Positions 9,374 through 19,970 of a stretch of 64,000 nucleotides of DNA are shown piece after piece. Position numbers and translations under genes: made by a program. Origin of the DNA: an uncultured Kaistella sp. (GTDB lineage: Bacteria; Bacteroidota; Bacteroidia; Flavobacteriales; Weeksellaceae); NCBI GenBank assembly GCA_964532055.1, contig CAZHFE010000001.1, positions 3,576 to 67,575 on the forward strand. Reading direction: 5' to 3'. The first letter of the stretch is position 1. The number at the start of each line of letters is the position of its first letter. A model generated the notes under the pieces. That model searched no databases. It was not told the DNA's origin and worked only from the letters and a program-made list of their open reading frames with translations.

Positions 9374-11518
9374 TTACTGTTGAGAAACGTTGTTATACAA
9401 ATCTATTCTGTAATCTTTTATCTTGGCGTTGTCTTGCAAACTCTTCAGGAAAAACTGCCCAAACTGTTGTGAACTTCTCCCTTGAATAGATTCAGAAAAT
9501 TGTTTGATATCTCCCGGTTGTTTGCTCAGCGTTTCAGATTTTTTCACCAAAACATAAACTCCGGTTATTCCCTGTACAGGATTTGAGAGTTTTCCTTTTG
9601 CAACACCAAAAGCAGCTCCTGCAACTTTCGGTTCCATAGCACCTGCAATTTGCGGACTCAGCAAATTAATTTGTCCGGATTGTTTTGAGGTGTTGAATTG
9701 TTTCGCAATCTGGTCAAGACCGGTTGCTTTTGCAGCGTTGATTTTATCGGAAATCTGTTTTCCAACGAGTTGGTTTTTTACGATAGGTTCTATCTGTTCT
9801 CTCATTGCTTCAGCATCTGCAAGTCCCGCATCTTGAATACCGTTCAGATAAGCTACAATTCTGTCGCCTGTGCCTTCAACAGTGAAAATGTCGGTATCGC
9901 CTTTTTTTCTTTTTTTGTTAAATGCCCACGAAATTACTTCTTCATCTTTATCTGTTCCTAAACCGGGAAGTTGCCCCTGAAATCTGCCCACTTCTTTAGG
10001 ATTGCTGAATTGGTAGTTTGCTTTTTTGGAGATGTTTGTAAAATCATTGAAACTCTTACCTTGAACTTGCTGAATGAATTTCGTTGCTTTAACATGGATT
10101 TGGTTTTCTGTTTTATCAGATGATTTCACCGCTTTTACAAGATTAGCTACTTTATAAGTCATCGCCCCCGATTTTTTATCTTCTACATTGATGATGTGAT
10201 ATCCGAAAGATGTTTCTGCCAAACCAGTACTTCCTTTACTATTATTTGCAAGGAAACTCAAATATCCAGGTGCAAATTGTGATTCAGGAGTAGTCCATCC
10301 CACACTACCATTTCTCTCTACAGCATTCGGTTCGTCTGAAAGTTTCAGACCTTCTGCGAATTTCGTAGAATTTGCTTTAATGACAACAAGTAAACTATCT
10401 GCAATTTTTTTAGCTTGTTCTTTAGTTCTTGTTGCGGTAGATCTTTCAGCTCCTTTATAGGCAATCAAAATATGTTTTGAAAGTGTAGAATCTGAAGTTT
10501 TTTTATCTAAAAGTTTAGATACCACATAAAAATTTTGCTCTTTGTAAGGTCCGAAAGTTTGTCCTATACTTGCTGTAGAAACCTTGTCCTTAATTTCTGA
10601 CGGTAATTGATTGGATGAAAAATATTGAGGATTAAATGGAAAATCAGAATTCAATGCGACAAACATAGAGTCATTTGTCGTATTTTGGAAATTTTCTTTT
10701 CCACCGCTCATATCGCTTCCTTCGGAAAATAATTTGTTGATTTCTTTTTGTGTTGCAGCATCGTCTTCATTACTCGGAGTTGATGGGAAATAAACCAAAC
10801 CGATATTTCTGCTCGCATCTCTTTTAAACTGAATCGGGTGTTTTTTGATGTAATCTGTTAAATCCTGTGTAGTAACTTTCACCGGATTTTTTTGTGCATA
10901 AGCATCATAATCAATTTTCACGAAATCAATGTCTGCGATTTGGTCGCGCTGCTTCATCAATTCTTCTACCTCTTTTTTACCTACGGTAACTCCTGTAGAA
11001 ATATTGGCAAAAACTTGTCTTGCCATCATTCTATATTCAATAGCTTGTCTTGTTTTTAGCCAGTTGTTGTATAATTCGGCGTTGGTTCCTTTTGCTTCTT
11101 CTACCTGTTTTTTGATTTCCTGTAATTTGAAGTTCCCTTTTTCGTCAAAATTTTCTTTATTTTGAGCAAACATCGGGTCAAACTGCAATTGATTCCAAAA
11201 CATATCATCAGTAAGCTTCAGTCCCATTTTTTCAAATTGCTGTTTGATGAGTTTAGACTGCACCGCCAATTGCCATGCTCTCTCTTCTAAGCCTTTTGTG
11301 GGTTGTCCTTGTTGTTGCGCTTGCTGCTGAAGTATAAAAAGCTGGTTGTCATATTCTTCTTTGCTTATTTCGTCGCCATTTACTTTCCCGAAAACTCCGG
11401 GATTTGCTCCAAATAGTTTTTCTAAACTGTCGGGATTTACAACAAAAGCCAACATTGCCACTGCAATAATCCCCATCAAAAGCCAAGGTCTATTTCTAAT
11501 CTGTCCTAAAACTGCCAT
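9374..11518 (-). CDS. Peptidyl-prolyl isomerase/chaperone, PpiD/SurA N-terminal family
   Basis: MAVLGQIRNR start, N-terminal TM helix, GKVNGDEI, SKHILIAY parvulin motif, FGYHII. Confidence 0.9.
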   Translation of the reverse strand: MAVLGQIRNRPWLLMGIIAVAMLAFVVNPDSLEKLFGANPGVFGKVNGDEISKEEYDNQLFILQQQAQQQGQPTKGLEERAWQLAVQSKLIKQQFEKMGLKLTDDMFWNQLQFDPMFAQNKENFDEKGNFKLQEIKKQVEEAKGTNAELYNNWLKTRQAIEYRMMARQVFANISTGVTVGKKEVEELMKQRDQIADIDFVKIDYDAYAQKNPVKVTTQDLTDYIKKHPIQFKRDASRNIGLVYFPSTPSNEDDAATQKEINKLFSEGSDMSGGKENFQNTTNDSMFVALNSDFPFNPQYFSSNQLPSEIKDKVSTASIGQTFGPYKEQNFYVVSKLLDKKTSDSTLSKHILIAYKGAERSTATRTKEQAKKIADSLLVVIKANSTKFAEGLKLSDEPNAVERNGSVGWTTPESQFAPGYLSFLANNSKGSTGLAETSFGYHIINVEDKKSGAMTYKVANLVKAVKSSDKTENQIHVKATKFIQQVQGKSFNDFTNISKKANYQFSNPKEVGRFQGQLPGLGTDKDEEVISWAFNKKRKKGDTDIFTVEGTGDRIVAYLNGIQDAGLADAEAMREQIEPIVKNQLVGKQISDKINAAKATGLDQIAKQFNTSKQSGQINLLSPQIAGAMEPKVAGAAFGVAKGKLSNPVQGITGVYVLVKKSETLSKQPGDIKQFSESIQGRSSQQFGQFFLKSLQDNAKIKDYRIDLYNNVSQQ

Positions 11519-11752
11519 TTTTTTGTTAATTTTATCAGTCTGCGAAAATACACATTTTTAACAGATTAGAAAAAAAAAACAGGATTTATTTATAATGAAA
11601 GCAGGAATGCGGTAATTTTGTCTAAAATTTGCTGTGGCATAATGCTTGTCAAATAATTGCCAGCTTTTTATTATGCACTATAGCAAACGTTTTTATCTAA
11701 AAACAAATTTTAAACTTTAACTAAAATGACAAATTGTCATCAGTAATATAAT

Positions 11753-14158
11753 ATGACAGAATTTGAAGACATCAGTTTTGATGAGATTATGAATGACGGA
11801 TTTAGTATTGTAGCGGAAGAAATCAATATGAATGATTTTGTGGAAACCGGCGAAAACACCACCCAGAAAATCTTCCCTATTTTGCCGGTGAGAAATATGG
11901 TGATGTTTCCAAAAGTAGTTATCCCGATTACTGCCGGAAGAGAAATGTCTATCAAACTCTTAGAAGAAGCGCAGCTGAGCGGCGAACTCATCGGGATTTT
12001 GAGTCAGAACAATGCCAGTATCGATAATCCTTCACAAAAAGATTTGTACCAAACCGGAACATTGGCAAGAATCGTGAAAATCATCAAACTTCCCGATGGA
12101 AATACCACTGCAATTACTAAGGGCTTTCAAAGATTTAAAATTAAAAATTTCACCGCTTCCAAACCATATTTCAAGGCGGAAGTAACAAAATTGAAAGATA
12201 CACCTCCTAAAAATTCGGAGCAATTTGTTGCGCTCATTGAAAATATAAAAGATCTTGCTGAGAAAATCATCAATCTCGACCCCAACATTCCGAATGCTGC
12301 GAATTTCGCCATTAAAAATATCGGGGAAAGTGAAGATTTGCTGAACTTCGTTTGTGTAAATGCCAATTTTTCGGCAGAAGAAAAACAAAAACTGCTGCAG
12401 GAAAAAAATCTGCATTCTCGTGCAGAGAATTTGTACCAATTAATGCACGATGATTTCAGAAAACTGGAACTCAGAAACCAAATCCACCAAAAAACCAATA
12501 AAGAACTCGACAAAAATCAAAGAGAATACTTCTTAAATCAGCAGCTGAGAACCATACAGGAAGAACTTGGTGGAGGTTTGGAATCTGATGTGGACGAACT
12601 TTTGGAAAAAGCCAAAAAACTGAAGTGGAGTGATGAGGTTGAAAAACATTTCACAAAAGAAATCAACCGGCTGCAAAGACAAAACCAAAACTCGCCGGAT
12701 TATAATGTGCAGAGAAATTACTTGGATTTCTTCACCGATTTGCCTTGGGAAAAATACTCGAAAGATATTTTTGACCTCAACAAAGCGGAACGCATTTTAG
12801 ACAAAGAACATTTCGGGTTAGAAGATATTAAAAAACGCATTCTGGAGCATGTTGCGGTTTTGAAATTAAAGAAAAATATGAAGTCGCCGATTTTGTGTTT
12901 AGTTGGTCCTCCCGGAGTTGGGAAAACCTCTCTCGGAAAATCTGTTGCAGATGCTCTCGGTAGAAAATATGTGCGTGTTTCTTTGGGCGGATTGCACGAT
13001 GAATCTGAAATCCGCGGACACCGGAAAACCTATATCGGAGCAATGGCGGGAAGAATCTTACAGTCCATAAAAAAAACCGGAACTTCAAATCCCGTAATCG
13101 TTTTAGATGAAATTGATAAAATCGGACAGGGAATTCACGGTGACCCGAGTTCTGCGCTGCTTGAAGTTCTAGATCCCGAACAAAACAATTCTTTTTACGA
13201 TAATTTTTTAGAGTTCGGTTACGACTTGTCCAAAGTCATGTTTATTGCAACAGCAAATTCACTTTCTACCATTCAAAGACCGCTTCTCGATAGAATGGAA
13301 GTCATAGAAATTGCAGGATATACTTTAGAAGAAAAAACAGAAATCGCAAAACGCCATCTCATCAAAAAACAATTGGGCGAAAACGGATTGCAGACAAAAT
13401 CTTTTAAACTCGGAAATCCCGAACTAAAACATATTATAGATGCACATACATCTGAAAGCGGAGTGCGCGGATTAGAAAAACAAATCGCAGCTATTTCGAG
13501 ATGGGTAGCTTTGCAAATCGCGATGGAAAAAGATTATGACCCGAAAATTCCCATTAATAAAATTGATGAAATTTTGGGCGTTCCGCGACCGAAAAATTTA
13601 TCTGAAATCAGCGGAGTTCCGGGTGTTGTAACAGGTTTAGCTTGGACTTCAGTTGGCGGCGATATTCTCTTCATCGAAAGTATTTTGAGTGAGGGAAAAG
13701 GAAATCTCACTATGACCGGAAATCTGGGAACAGTGATGAAAGAATCTGCCACAATTGCATTAGAATACATCAAAGCAAAACATGAAGAATTGGGAATTTC
13801 TTCAGAAGACATTCAGAAAAAAAACATTCACGTTCACGTTCCGGAAGGAGCAACGCCGAAAGACGGTCCTTCCGCAGGAATTGCCATGCTGACTTCTATG
13901 GTTTCGAGTTTCAAAAACAAGAAAGTAAAATCGCATTTTGCGATGACCGGTGAAATTACGCTTCGCGGAAAAGTACTTCCTGTAGGTGGAATTAAAGAAA
14001 AATTACTCGCTGCAAACAGAGCAGGAATCAAAGAAATCATTCTCTGCGATGCAAACCGCAAAGATGTTGAAGAAATCAAAAAAGATTATTTGAAGGGGTT
14101 GAAAATCAATTATGTAAAGAGAATGAGCGAAGTGATTGATTTGGCTCTCGAAAAATAA
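11753..14158 (+). CDS. lon: ATP-dependent protease La
   Basis: LPVRNMVMFP, GPPGVGKTS, LDEIDK, PKDGPSAG, GGIKEK. Confidence 0.98.
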   Translation: MTEFEDISFDEIMNDGFSIVAEEINMNDFVETGENTTQKIFPILPVRNMVMFPKVVIPITAGREMSIKLLEEAQLSGELIGILSQNNASIDNPSQKDLYQTGTLARIVKIIKLPDGNTTAITKGFQRFKIKNFTASKPYFKAEVTKLKDTPPKNSEQFVALIENIKDLAEKIINLDPNIPNAANFAIKNIGESEDLLNFVCVNANFSAEEKQKLLQEKNLHSRAENLYQLMHDDFRKLELRNQIHQKTNKELDKNQREYFLNQQLRTIQEELGGGLESDVDELLEKAKKLKWSDEVEKHFTKEINRLQRQNQNSPDYNVQRNYLDFFTDLPWEKYSKDIFDLNKAERILDKEHFGLEDIKKRILEHVAVLKLKKNMKSPILCLVGPPGVGKTSLGKSVADALGRKYVRVSLGGLHDESEIRGHRKTYIGAMAGRILQSIKKTGTSNPVIVLDEIDKIGQGIHGDPSSALLEVLDPEQNNSFYDNFLEFGYDLSKVMFIATANSLSTIQRPLLDRMEVIEIAGYTLEEKTEIAKRHLIKKQLGENGLQTKSFKLGNPELKHIIDAHTSESGVRGLEKQIAAISRWVALQIAMEKDYDPKIPINKIDEILGVPRPKNLSEISGVPGVVTGLAWTSVGGDILFIESILSEGKGNLTMTGNLGTVMKESATIALEYIKAKHEELGISSEDIQKKNIHVHVPEGATPKDGPSAGIAMLTSMVSSFKNKKVKSHFAMTGEITLRGKVLPVGGIKEKLLAANRAGIKEIILCDANRKDVEEIKKDYLKGLKINYVKRMSEVIDLALEK

Positions 14159-14187
14159 TTTGAGAATTAAACGGAAATTTTTTCTAT

Positions 14188-14220
14188 AAAAATTCTGTGA
14201 TGTTATGTTACAGAATTTTT
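14188..14220 (+). terminator. Intrinsic terminator of lon
   Basis: aaaaattctgt...acagaattttt followed by a T-run. Confidence 0.7.
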
Positions 14221-14251
14221 TTATTTTTGATGAAACACAATCACATTTCCC

Positions 14252-15361
14252 ATGAAAGAGTTTAAACTCCCGTTTTTGGTAAATCTTGCGCTTATTTTGC
14301 TCTGCATTTTGGCGTTTGGTTATCTTGCGTATCTTGGTAAAAATATACTTTCGCCGCTGTTTTTTTCTTTTCTCATGGCATTGTTGTTTTTGCCTTTTGC
14401 TCATTTTTTAGAGAAAAAACTACGATTTTCGCGGATAATTTCCACCTTTTCATCTGTGCTGATTATGGCGGTGGTTTTTTTGGGAATTCTTTATTTCTTT
14501 GCTTCACAGCTCAGCAATTTCAGTCAGGATTTTCCTATGCTTCGCAACCAAGTTACTCATTCACTTAACGACTTACAACTATGGATTTCCAGAACGTTTA
14601 ATCTCAATATTGACAATCAGTGGAAATATATTAATCAGGGATTAGACGAACTGCTTTCTTCAACCGGAATAATATTGGGATTTACAGTTTCTATGTTTAG
14701 TTCATCGCTTGCTTTTGTGGCATTCAGCATTTTATTTTTCATTTTTATTCTGAATTACCGCCGTTTGCTTTACGGTTTCATTGTTTCGGTTTTCAATGAA
14801 GCACATTATGCTAAAGTTTATGTCGCCATCGAAAATATCCAGAGTGTCATCAAATCTTACATTACCGGACTTTTTATTCAAATAGTGATTGTTACTATGT
14901 TAACAAGTATTTTGCTCTCAATACTCGGTGTGAAGTATGCAATTTTATTGGGCGTTTTAACCGGTTTGCTCAATGTGATTCCGTATATCGGGATTTTTGT
15001 TTCGTGTATTGTTGCATGTATTATTTCTTTAGCTACTGCAGGATCCGGAACTTTTTTCGTTTTAATCGGTTATATCGGTATTCATGCAATTGACGGAAAT
15101 ATAGTGCTGCCTTTAATTGTGGGATCCAAAGTGAAAATCAATGCGCTTTTCACGTTCATTGGTTTATTGGTGGGTGAATCTCTTTGGGGAATTTCGGGCA
15201 TGTTTCTCAGCATTCCGTTTTTGGCGATTCTGAAAATTATTTTTGAAAGTGTGAGCGGTTTAGAATCATGGGGACGACTTTTGGGTGAAGAAACCAAAAT
15301 TGCAAGAGCACGCAGAAAATACAAAATCACCAAAAACATCACACTCCAGGAAAAGGAATGA
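14252..15361 (+). CDS. AI-2E family transporter
   Basis: Multi-TM protein with GLLNVIPYIG, IDGNIVLPLIVG, LWGISGMFLSIP. Confidence 0.92.
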   Translation: MKEFKLPFLVNLALILLCILAFGYLAYLGKNILSPLFFSFLMALLFLPFAHFLEKKLRFSRIISTFSSVLIMAVVFLGILYFFASQLSNFSQDFPMLRNQVTHSLNDLQLWISRTFNLNIDNQWKYINQGLDELLSSTGIILGFTVSMFSSSLAFVAFSILFFIFILNYRRLLYGFIVSVFNEAHYAKVYVAIENIQSVIKSYITGLFIQIVIVTMLTSILLSILGVKYAILLGVLTGLLNVIPYIGIFVSCIVACIISLATAGSGTFFVLIGYIGIHAIDGNIVLPLIVGSKVKINALFTFIGLLVGESLWGISGMFLSIPFLAILKIIFESVSGLESWGRLLGEETKIARARRKYKITKNITLQEKE

Positions 15362-15492
15362 TTTTACAAGTCGCTTATTTTCAATGATTTAAATTTCCAA
15401 ATCGGCTTTACAAATATTTTAAAACCATTTTACAAAAATCATGAATTTTTCTTATGGAAATTTGGTTTCAACAAATCAATAAAAATTTCGTT

Positions 15493-16404
15493 ATGAAAAA
15501 TTCAGTTTTAAAAACCATTCTTGGTTCGCTCGTTTTCGTAGCCGTTTTCTCATGTAAAAAAGATGAATCCGCATTAGCTTATTCCGAAAAAGAAGAAGTT
15601 TCTTCCGCAAGTGATTATGCAGTGGAAGTTTCAGACAGTATATCTTCCGTTCCCACAATGAAAGTAAAAGACAAGCAATTTATAAAATCTGCGCAGGTAA
15701 ATATGGAAGTGAAAGGGGTTTATGATGCCACGATTTCCATTGAAAAATTGGTGAAAGATTTGGGTGGATTTGTAACCAAGAGTAATCTCCAAAGCAATGT
15801 GGTTTCCGAAGAAACGTATAATACATCTGATGAAAATGCTGTTTTGGTTCGCAAATTCCAAACAGAAAACCAAATGCAGGTTCGTATTCCTATGGCAAAG
15901 CTGGGCGAATTTCTTTCTGTCATTAATGATAAAAAACTGTTTTTATATTCAAGGAATATTTCCGCAGAAGATGTAACTTCAAATATCAAGCTCGCCGAAT
16001 TGGAGGCAAAAAGAAATGCAAAAACCGCAGAAAATATTGCTCAACTCAAAATCAATTCCGGCAAAGTAAAAATAGATGATGAAAATATGAGCGAGGCAAA
16101 TCAGCAGAAAATCGCAAGTCTTGAGATGACCGACAATCTGCAATATTCTGACGTAGATCTTTACCTAAAAGAACCGAAACTGCGTATCGCAGAAATTGCA
16201 GTAAACAACATCAAAAACATTGACAATAAATATAAATTCAGTTTTTTCTATGATGTAAAAAATGCTTTCGTGGAAGGGTTTTATCTGATGATGGCTTTAC
16301 TGGTGTTTTTGGTGAGAATTTGGTTTATAATCGTAATTGGCGGTGTAATTTTCTATTTTTACAAAAGAAGAAAGAAGAACTTAAAAGCCAAATCAGCCGA
16401 TTGA
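15493..16404 (+). CDS. DUF4349-like lipoprotein
   Basis: Lipobox VFSC, FIKSAQVNMEV, GGFVTKSNL, EDVT, C-terminal TM helix. Confidence 0.75.
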   Translation: MKNSVLKTILGSLVFVAVFSCKKDESALAYSEKEEVSSASDYAVEVSDSISSVPTMKVKDKQFIKSAQVNMEVKGVYDATISIEKLVKDLGGFVTKSNLQSNVVSEETYNTSDENAVLVRKFQTENQMQVRIPMAKLGEFLSVINDKKLFLYSRNISAEDVTSNIKLAELEAKRNAKTAENIAQLKINSGKVKIDDENMSEANQQKIASLEMTDNLQYSDVDLYLKEPKLRIAEIAVNNIKNIDNKYKFSFFYDVKNAFVEGFYLMMALLVFLVRIWFIIVIGGVIFYFYKRRKKNLKAKSAD

Positions 16405-16491
16405 AAAAACCTATTGCTGTTTTTTTCGATAAAAGTTAGGGTGCAGAAGTAAATCTTATTGCTTATTTTTGAGCATTATAATACAATGATA

Positions 16492-18555
16492 ATGAAATTT
16501 AAAAATTATTTGGTTCTGCTTTTGGTCTTCCTTTTTCAAGGGATTTCTGCGCAGATTAAAGACCCTGTAAAATTCAAATACAATATCAATCAGCTTCCCA
16601 ATGATGAATATGAAGCGGTTCTCACGGCGACTATCGAAAAAAACTGGCACATTTATTCCAAAGATTTGCCAGAAGATTCAGGGATTCCTACAGAAATGAA
16701 ACTCAGTTCAAAAGACGGAATTCAACTCATCGGAAAAGTAACGGAACTCGGAAAAAAACACGACGAGTTTTCGGAAGCATTCGGAGTACAGATTGTGTAT
16801 TATTCTGATATAGTGCAGTTTAAGCAGAAATTTAAACTCAAAAATAAATCTAAACCAGCCAACATTGCGGCAGAAATCACTTATCAAACTTGCGATGATC
16901 GGGTTTGTCTCGCTCCGAATACTTTAGAATTTGAGCAGAAAGTTATTCCCATTTCTGCAGGAACTGTAATAATTACAGAAGAAAAAATCCCGAAAACAGA
17001 AACCTCTGAAACTCCTGTCATTCAAACGAATACAACAGAAAACACCAAAATTATTTCACCCAATACAACACAACAAAAAGGGCTGAAAATTGCTTCCATT
17101 GACTTAGAAAATCCTTTGACAGATTGCGGAGTTGCAAAACAAAAAAATAACGAAAATTTTTGGAATTATCTTCTTCTTGGGTTTTTCGGCGGATTGATTG
17201 CATTGCTCACTCCGTGCGTTTTTCCGATGATTCCGCTCACGGTTTCTTTTTTCACGAAGGGACAAAAAAATACGGCAAAAGGAAAACGCGACGCTTTTAT
17301 TTATGGATTTTTCATTCTGCTGATTTTCGTTTTGTTGAGCGTTCCGTTTCATATTATCGACGGAATTGCCGGAAATATCTTTAACCAAATTTCTACTTCG
17401 GTTTGGCTGAACATTGCATTTTTCCTCATCTTTTTATTTTTTGCCGGAAGTTTTTTCGGGTATTATGATATTGCATTGCCGAGTTCTATTGCCAACAAAT
17501 CTTCTAAAGCCGAAGAAGCGGGCGGAATCATCGGAATATTTTTCATGGCGCTGACTTTGGTGATTGTTTCGTTTTCCTGTACAGGTCCTATTTTGGGCAG
17601 TTTGCTGGGAAGTGCAGTTACCGGTTCTGCAAATGTACCGTTGCTTTTAACTTTCGCTTTAGCAGGATTTGGGTTGAGTTGGGCAATTGTTTTCGGACTT
17701 TTGGCGCTGTTTCCTCAAGCGTTGCAGAGCTTGCCGAAATCAGGCGGTTGGATGAATACGCTGAAAGTCGTTTTAGGATTCATAGAACTTGGATTGGCTC
17801 TGAAATTTTTGTCGAAAGCAGATTTGGTTTCCAAAACATTTTTGCTGAAAAGAGAACTGTTTATCATACTCTGGATTATGATTACACTCGGTTTGGTATT
17901 TTATTTATTCGGGAAAATCAGATTTCCGCACGATGATAAAAAACCGAAAATTTCAATGACAAGAAAAATTTTCGGCATGTTGGGAATTGCATTTCTCGTT
18001 TATCTGATTCAGGGATTATTTCCTGCGGAAAGACCAAAACTGCAAATGCTTTCGGGAATTTTGCCGCCGATAAATGTAAGTTATCTTCATAACGAAAAAG
18101 ACGGAATTTTAGGAATGCATCCTGAACACGATTATTTCAAAGCAATAGAACTTGCCCGAAAAGAAAACAAACCCGTTCTCATTGATTTTACGGGATACGG
18201 TTGTGAAAATTGTCGAAAAATGGAAGAGTTTGTTTGGAGCGAACCCGACATTTTACCAATACTGCAAAACGAGGTGATTCTCGCGTCACTTTATGTGGAC
18301 GATAAAGAGGAACTGCCGGAAAACGAGCAGACAAAAATCGATATGGGAAATGGACAAAAGAAAAAAATAAAAACCATCGGTGATAAGTGGAGTTTGTTTC
18401 AGCAGGTGAATTTCAACAACAACTCTCAGCCGCATTATGTATTGCTCAATCCCGACGGAAAAATGCTCAATCACCACGTTTCCGGATATATGCCGAAAGA
18501 AGATTTTAAAAATTTCCTGAAATGCGGCATTGATTATTTTAAGAAAAATCCGTAG
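16492..18555 (+). CDS. dsbD: Thiol:disulfide interchange protein DsbD family
   Basis: WHIYS, QTCDDRVC, LLTPCVFPMIP, FSCTGP, thioredoxin motif GCENC. Confidence 0.93.
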   Translation: MKFKNYLVLLLVFLFQGISAQIKDPVKFKYNINQLPNDEYEAVLTATIEKNWHIYSKDLPEDSGIPTEMKLSSKDGIQLIGKVTELGKKHDEFSEAFGVQIVYYSDIVQFKQKFKLKNKSKPANIAAEITYQTCDDRVCLAPNTLEFEQKVIPISAGTVIITEEKIPKTETSETPVIQTNTTENTKIISPNTTQQKGLKIASIDLENPLTDCGVAKQKNNENFWNYLLLGFFGGLIALLTPCVFPMIPLTVSFFTKGQKNTAKGKRDAFIYGFFILLIFVLLSVPFHIIDGIAGNIFNQISTSVWLNIAFFLIFLFFAGSFFGYYDIALPSSIANKSSKAEEAGGIIGIFFMALTLVIVSFSCTGPILGSLLGSAVTGSANVPLLLTFALAGFGLSWAIVFGLLALFPQALQSLPKSGGWMNTLKVVLGFIELGLALKFLSKADLVSKTFLLKRELFIILWIMITLGLVFYLFGKIRFPHDDKKPKISMTRKIFGMLGIAFLVYLIQGLFPAERPKLQMLSGILPPINVSYLHNEKDGILGMHPEHDYFKAIELARKENKPVLIDFTGYGCENCRKMEEFVWSEPDILPILQNEVILASLYVDDKEELPENEQTKIDMGNGQKKKIKTIGDKWSLFQQVNFNNNSQPHYVLLNPDGKMLNHHVSGYMPKEDFKNFLKCGIDYFKKNP

Positions 18556-18609
18556 AAAACCGAACCGTAAAAAATTATTTTGGAAATTTAAAATTAACAA
18601 AGACTTATC

Positions 18610-18723
18610 ATGAACAAAATATTTAAAATATTGTTCTTTTTAATCGTATTATCCAATTACTCTTTTGCCCAAAATAATAAAGAAATTGCCATGCAAAAAG
18701 GAAGAGAAGCAATAACTCATTAA
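18610..18723 (+). pseudogene. 5' remnant of a secreted-protein gene (37 aa)
   Basis: MNKIFKILFFLIVLSNYSFAQNNKEIAMQKGREAITH*: intact signal peptide (A|Q cleavage site), then an abrupt stop. Confidence 0.5.
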
Positions 18724-18852
18724 TATTAAATTCTGTTAAAATTTAGGCGAATTTTAAACACATATCCTATTTTTGCACGATTATTGATTTCACCCATTGA
18801 TTTTGAAAATATTTCAGACAAATTAATGCAGTATAAACCATAAACTTTTATC

Positions 18853-19536
18853 ATGATGAAAAAATCGTATGAAGTTATTTTCGAAAACAACAGAAAATGG
18901 GTAGAATCCAAAATTGCTGAAACCCCTGATTATTTTCACGAACTTGCTAAAACGCAGACCCCGGAATTTCTCTACATCGGTTGTTCAGACAGCAGAGTTT
19001 CCGCAGAAGAACTGATGGGCATGAAACCAGGCGAAGTTTTTGTAACCCGAAACATCGCAAACGTAGTAAACACTTTAGATATGAGTTCTACTGCGGTTAT
19101 TCAGTATGCAGTGGAGCATTTAAAAGTGAAGCACATTATTGTCTGCGGACATTACGGTTGCGGCGGTGTAAAAGCAGCGATGACTCCCGAGGATTTGGGA
19201 CTTCTGAATCCTTGGTTAAGAACAATTCGTGATGTGTACAGATTGCATCAAAAAGAACTGGATTCTATTGAAAATGAACAGAAACGGTATGATAAACTTG
19301 TGGAACTTAATGTTCAAGAGCAGTGCATCAACGTTATCAAAATGGCTGTAGTGCAGGAACAATATTTACTTGATGAGTATCCTGTTGTTCATGGATGGGT
19401 TTTTGATTTGAAGACTGGAAAAATTATTGATTTGGAAATTGATTTCGAGAAAATCCTAAAAGACATCCAGAAAATCTATAACCTAACAAACTCAGATTGG
19501 GTGATGAGTAAAAAGAATAACAAAAATTTCATCTAA
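18853..19536 (+). CDS. can: Beta-class carbonic anhydrase
   Basis: IGCSDSRV, RNIAN, CGHYGCGG zinc ligands. Confidence 0.95.
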   Translation: MMKKSYEVIFENNRKWVESKIAETPDYFHELAKTQTPEFLYIGCSDSRVSAEELMGMKPGEVFVTRNIANVVNTLDMSSTAVIQYAVEHLKVKHIIVCGHYGCGGVKAAMTPEDLGLLNPWLRTIRDVYRLHQKELDSIENEQKRYDKLVELNVQEQCINVIKMAVVQEQYLLDEYPVVHGWVFDLKTGKIIDLEIDFEKILKDIQKIYNLTNSDWVMSKKNNKNFI

Positions 19537-19830
19537 ATGAAACTTTGGAGTATTATTACATTAGCGGTTTTTTTCAATTTTATGGCTTTACCAAGTATTG
19601 CCACAATTTTAGATTGGGATTTGCCGGGAACCAATGTCGTAATTTCCGAAGAAGAAACCCACTCCTCATCTTTTACAGTTTTTGAAAAAGTAATGCCGGA
19701 AATTTTGACTGTTCACAATTTTCTGAAATTTTTTGAAAATGATTTACAACGCAAATCTTTTGTAATGATAGATGATTCCATTCATTTGTCTCCTTTTCTC
19801 ACAATATTTTCTCCTCCTCCGGAAATTTAA
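19537..19830 (+). CDS. Small hypothetical protein in the carbonic anhydrase operon
   Basis: Abuts the can stop; N-terminal hydrophobic helix and C-terminal IFSPPPE. Confidence 0.75.
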   Translation: MKLWSIITLAVFFNFMALPSIATILDWDLPGTNVVISEEETHSSSFTVFEKVMPEILTVHNFLKFFENDLQRKSFVMIDDSIHLSPFLTIFSPPPEI

Positions 19831-19970
19831 TTTTTAAACAAAATTATTCATAGACTCTTTTTCTTTTTGGGATTTGAGTTGTATGACTTCGTCTTAAAAT
19901 TAAATTTCAATCTTTTGTAAGGTCTAAAAAATTAAAATACAGATCATTACATTAAAATCTTTTTCTTAAA

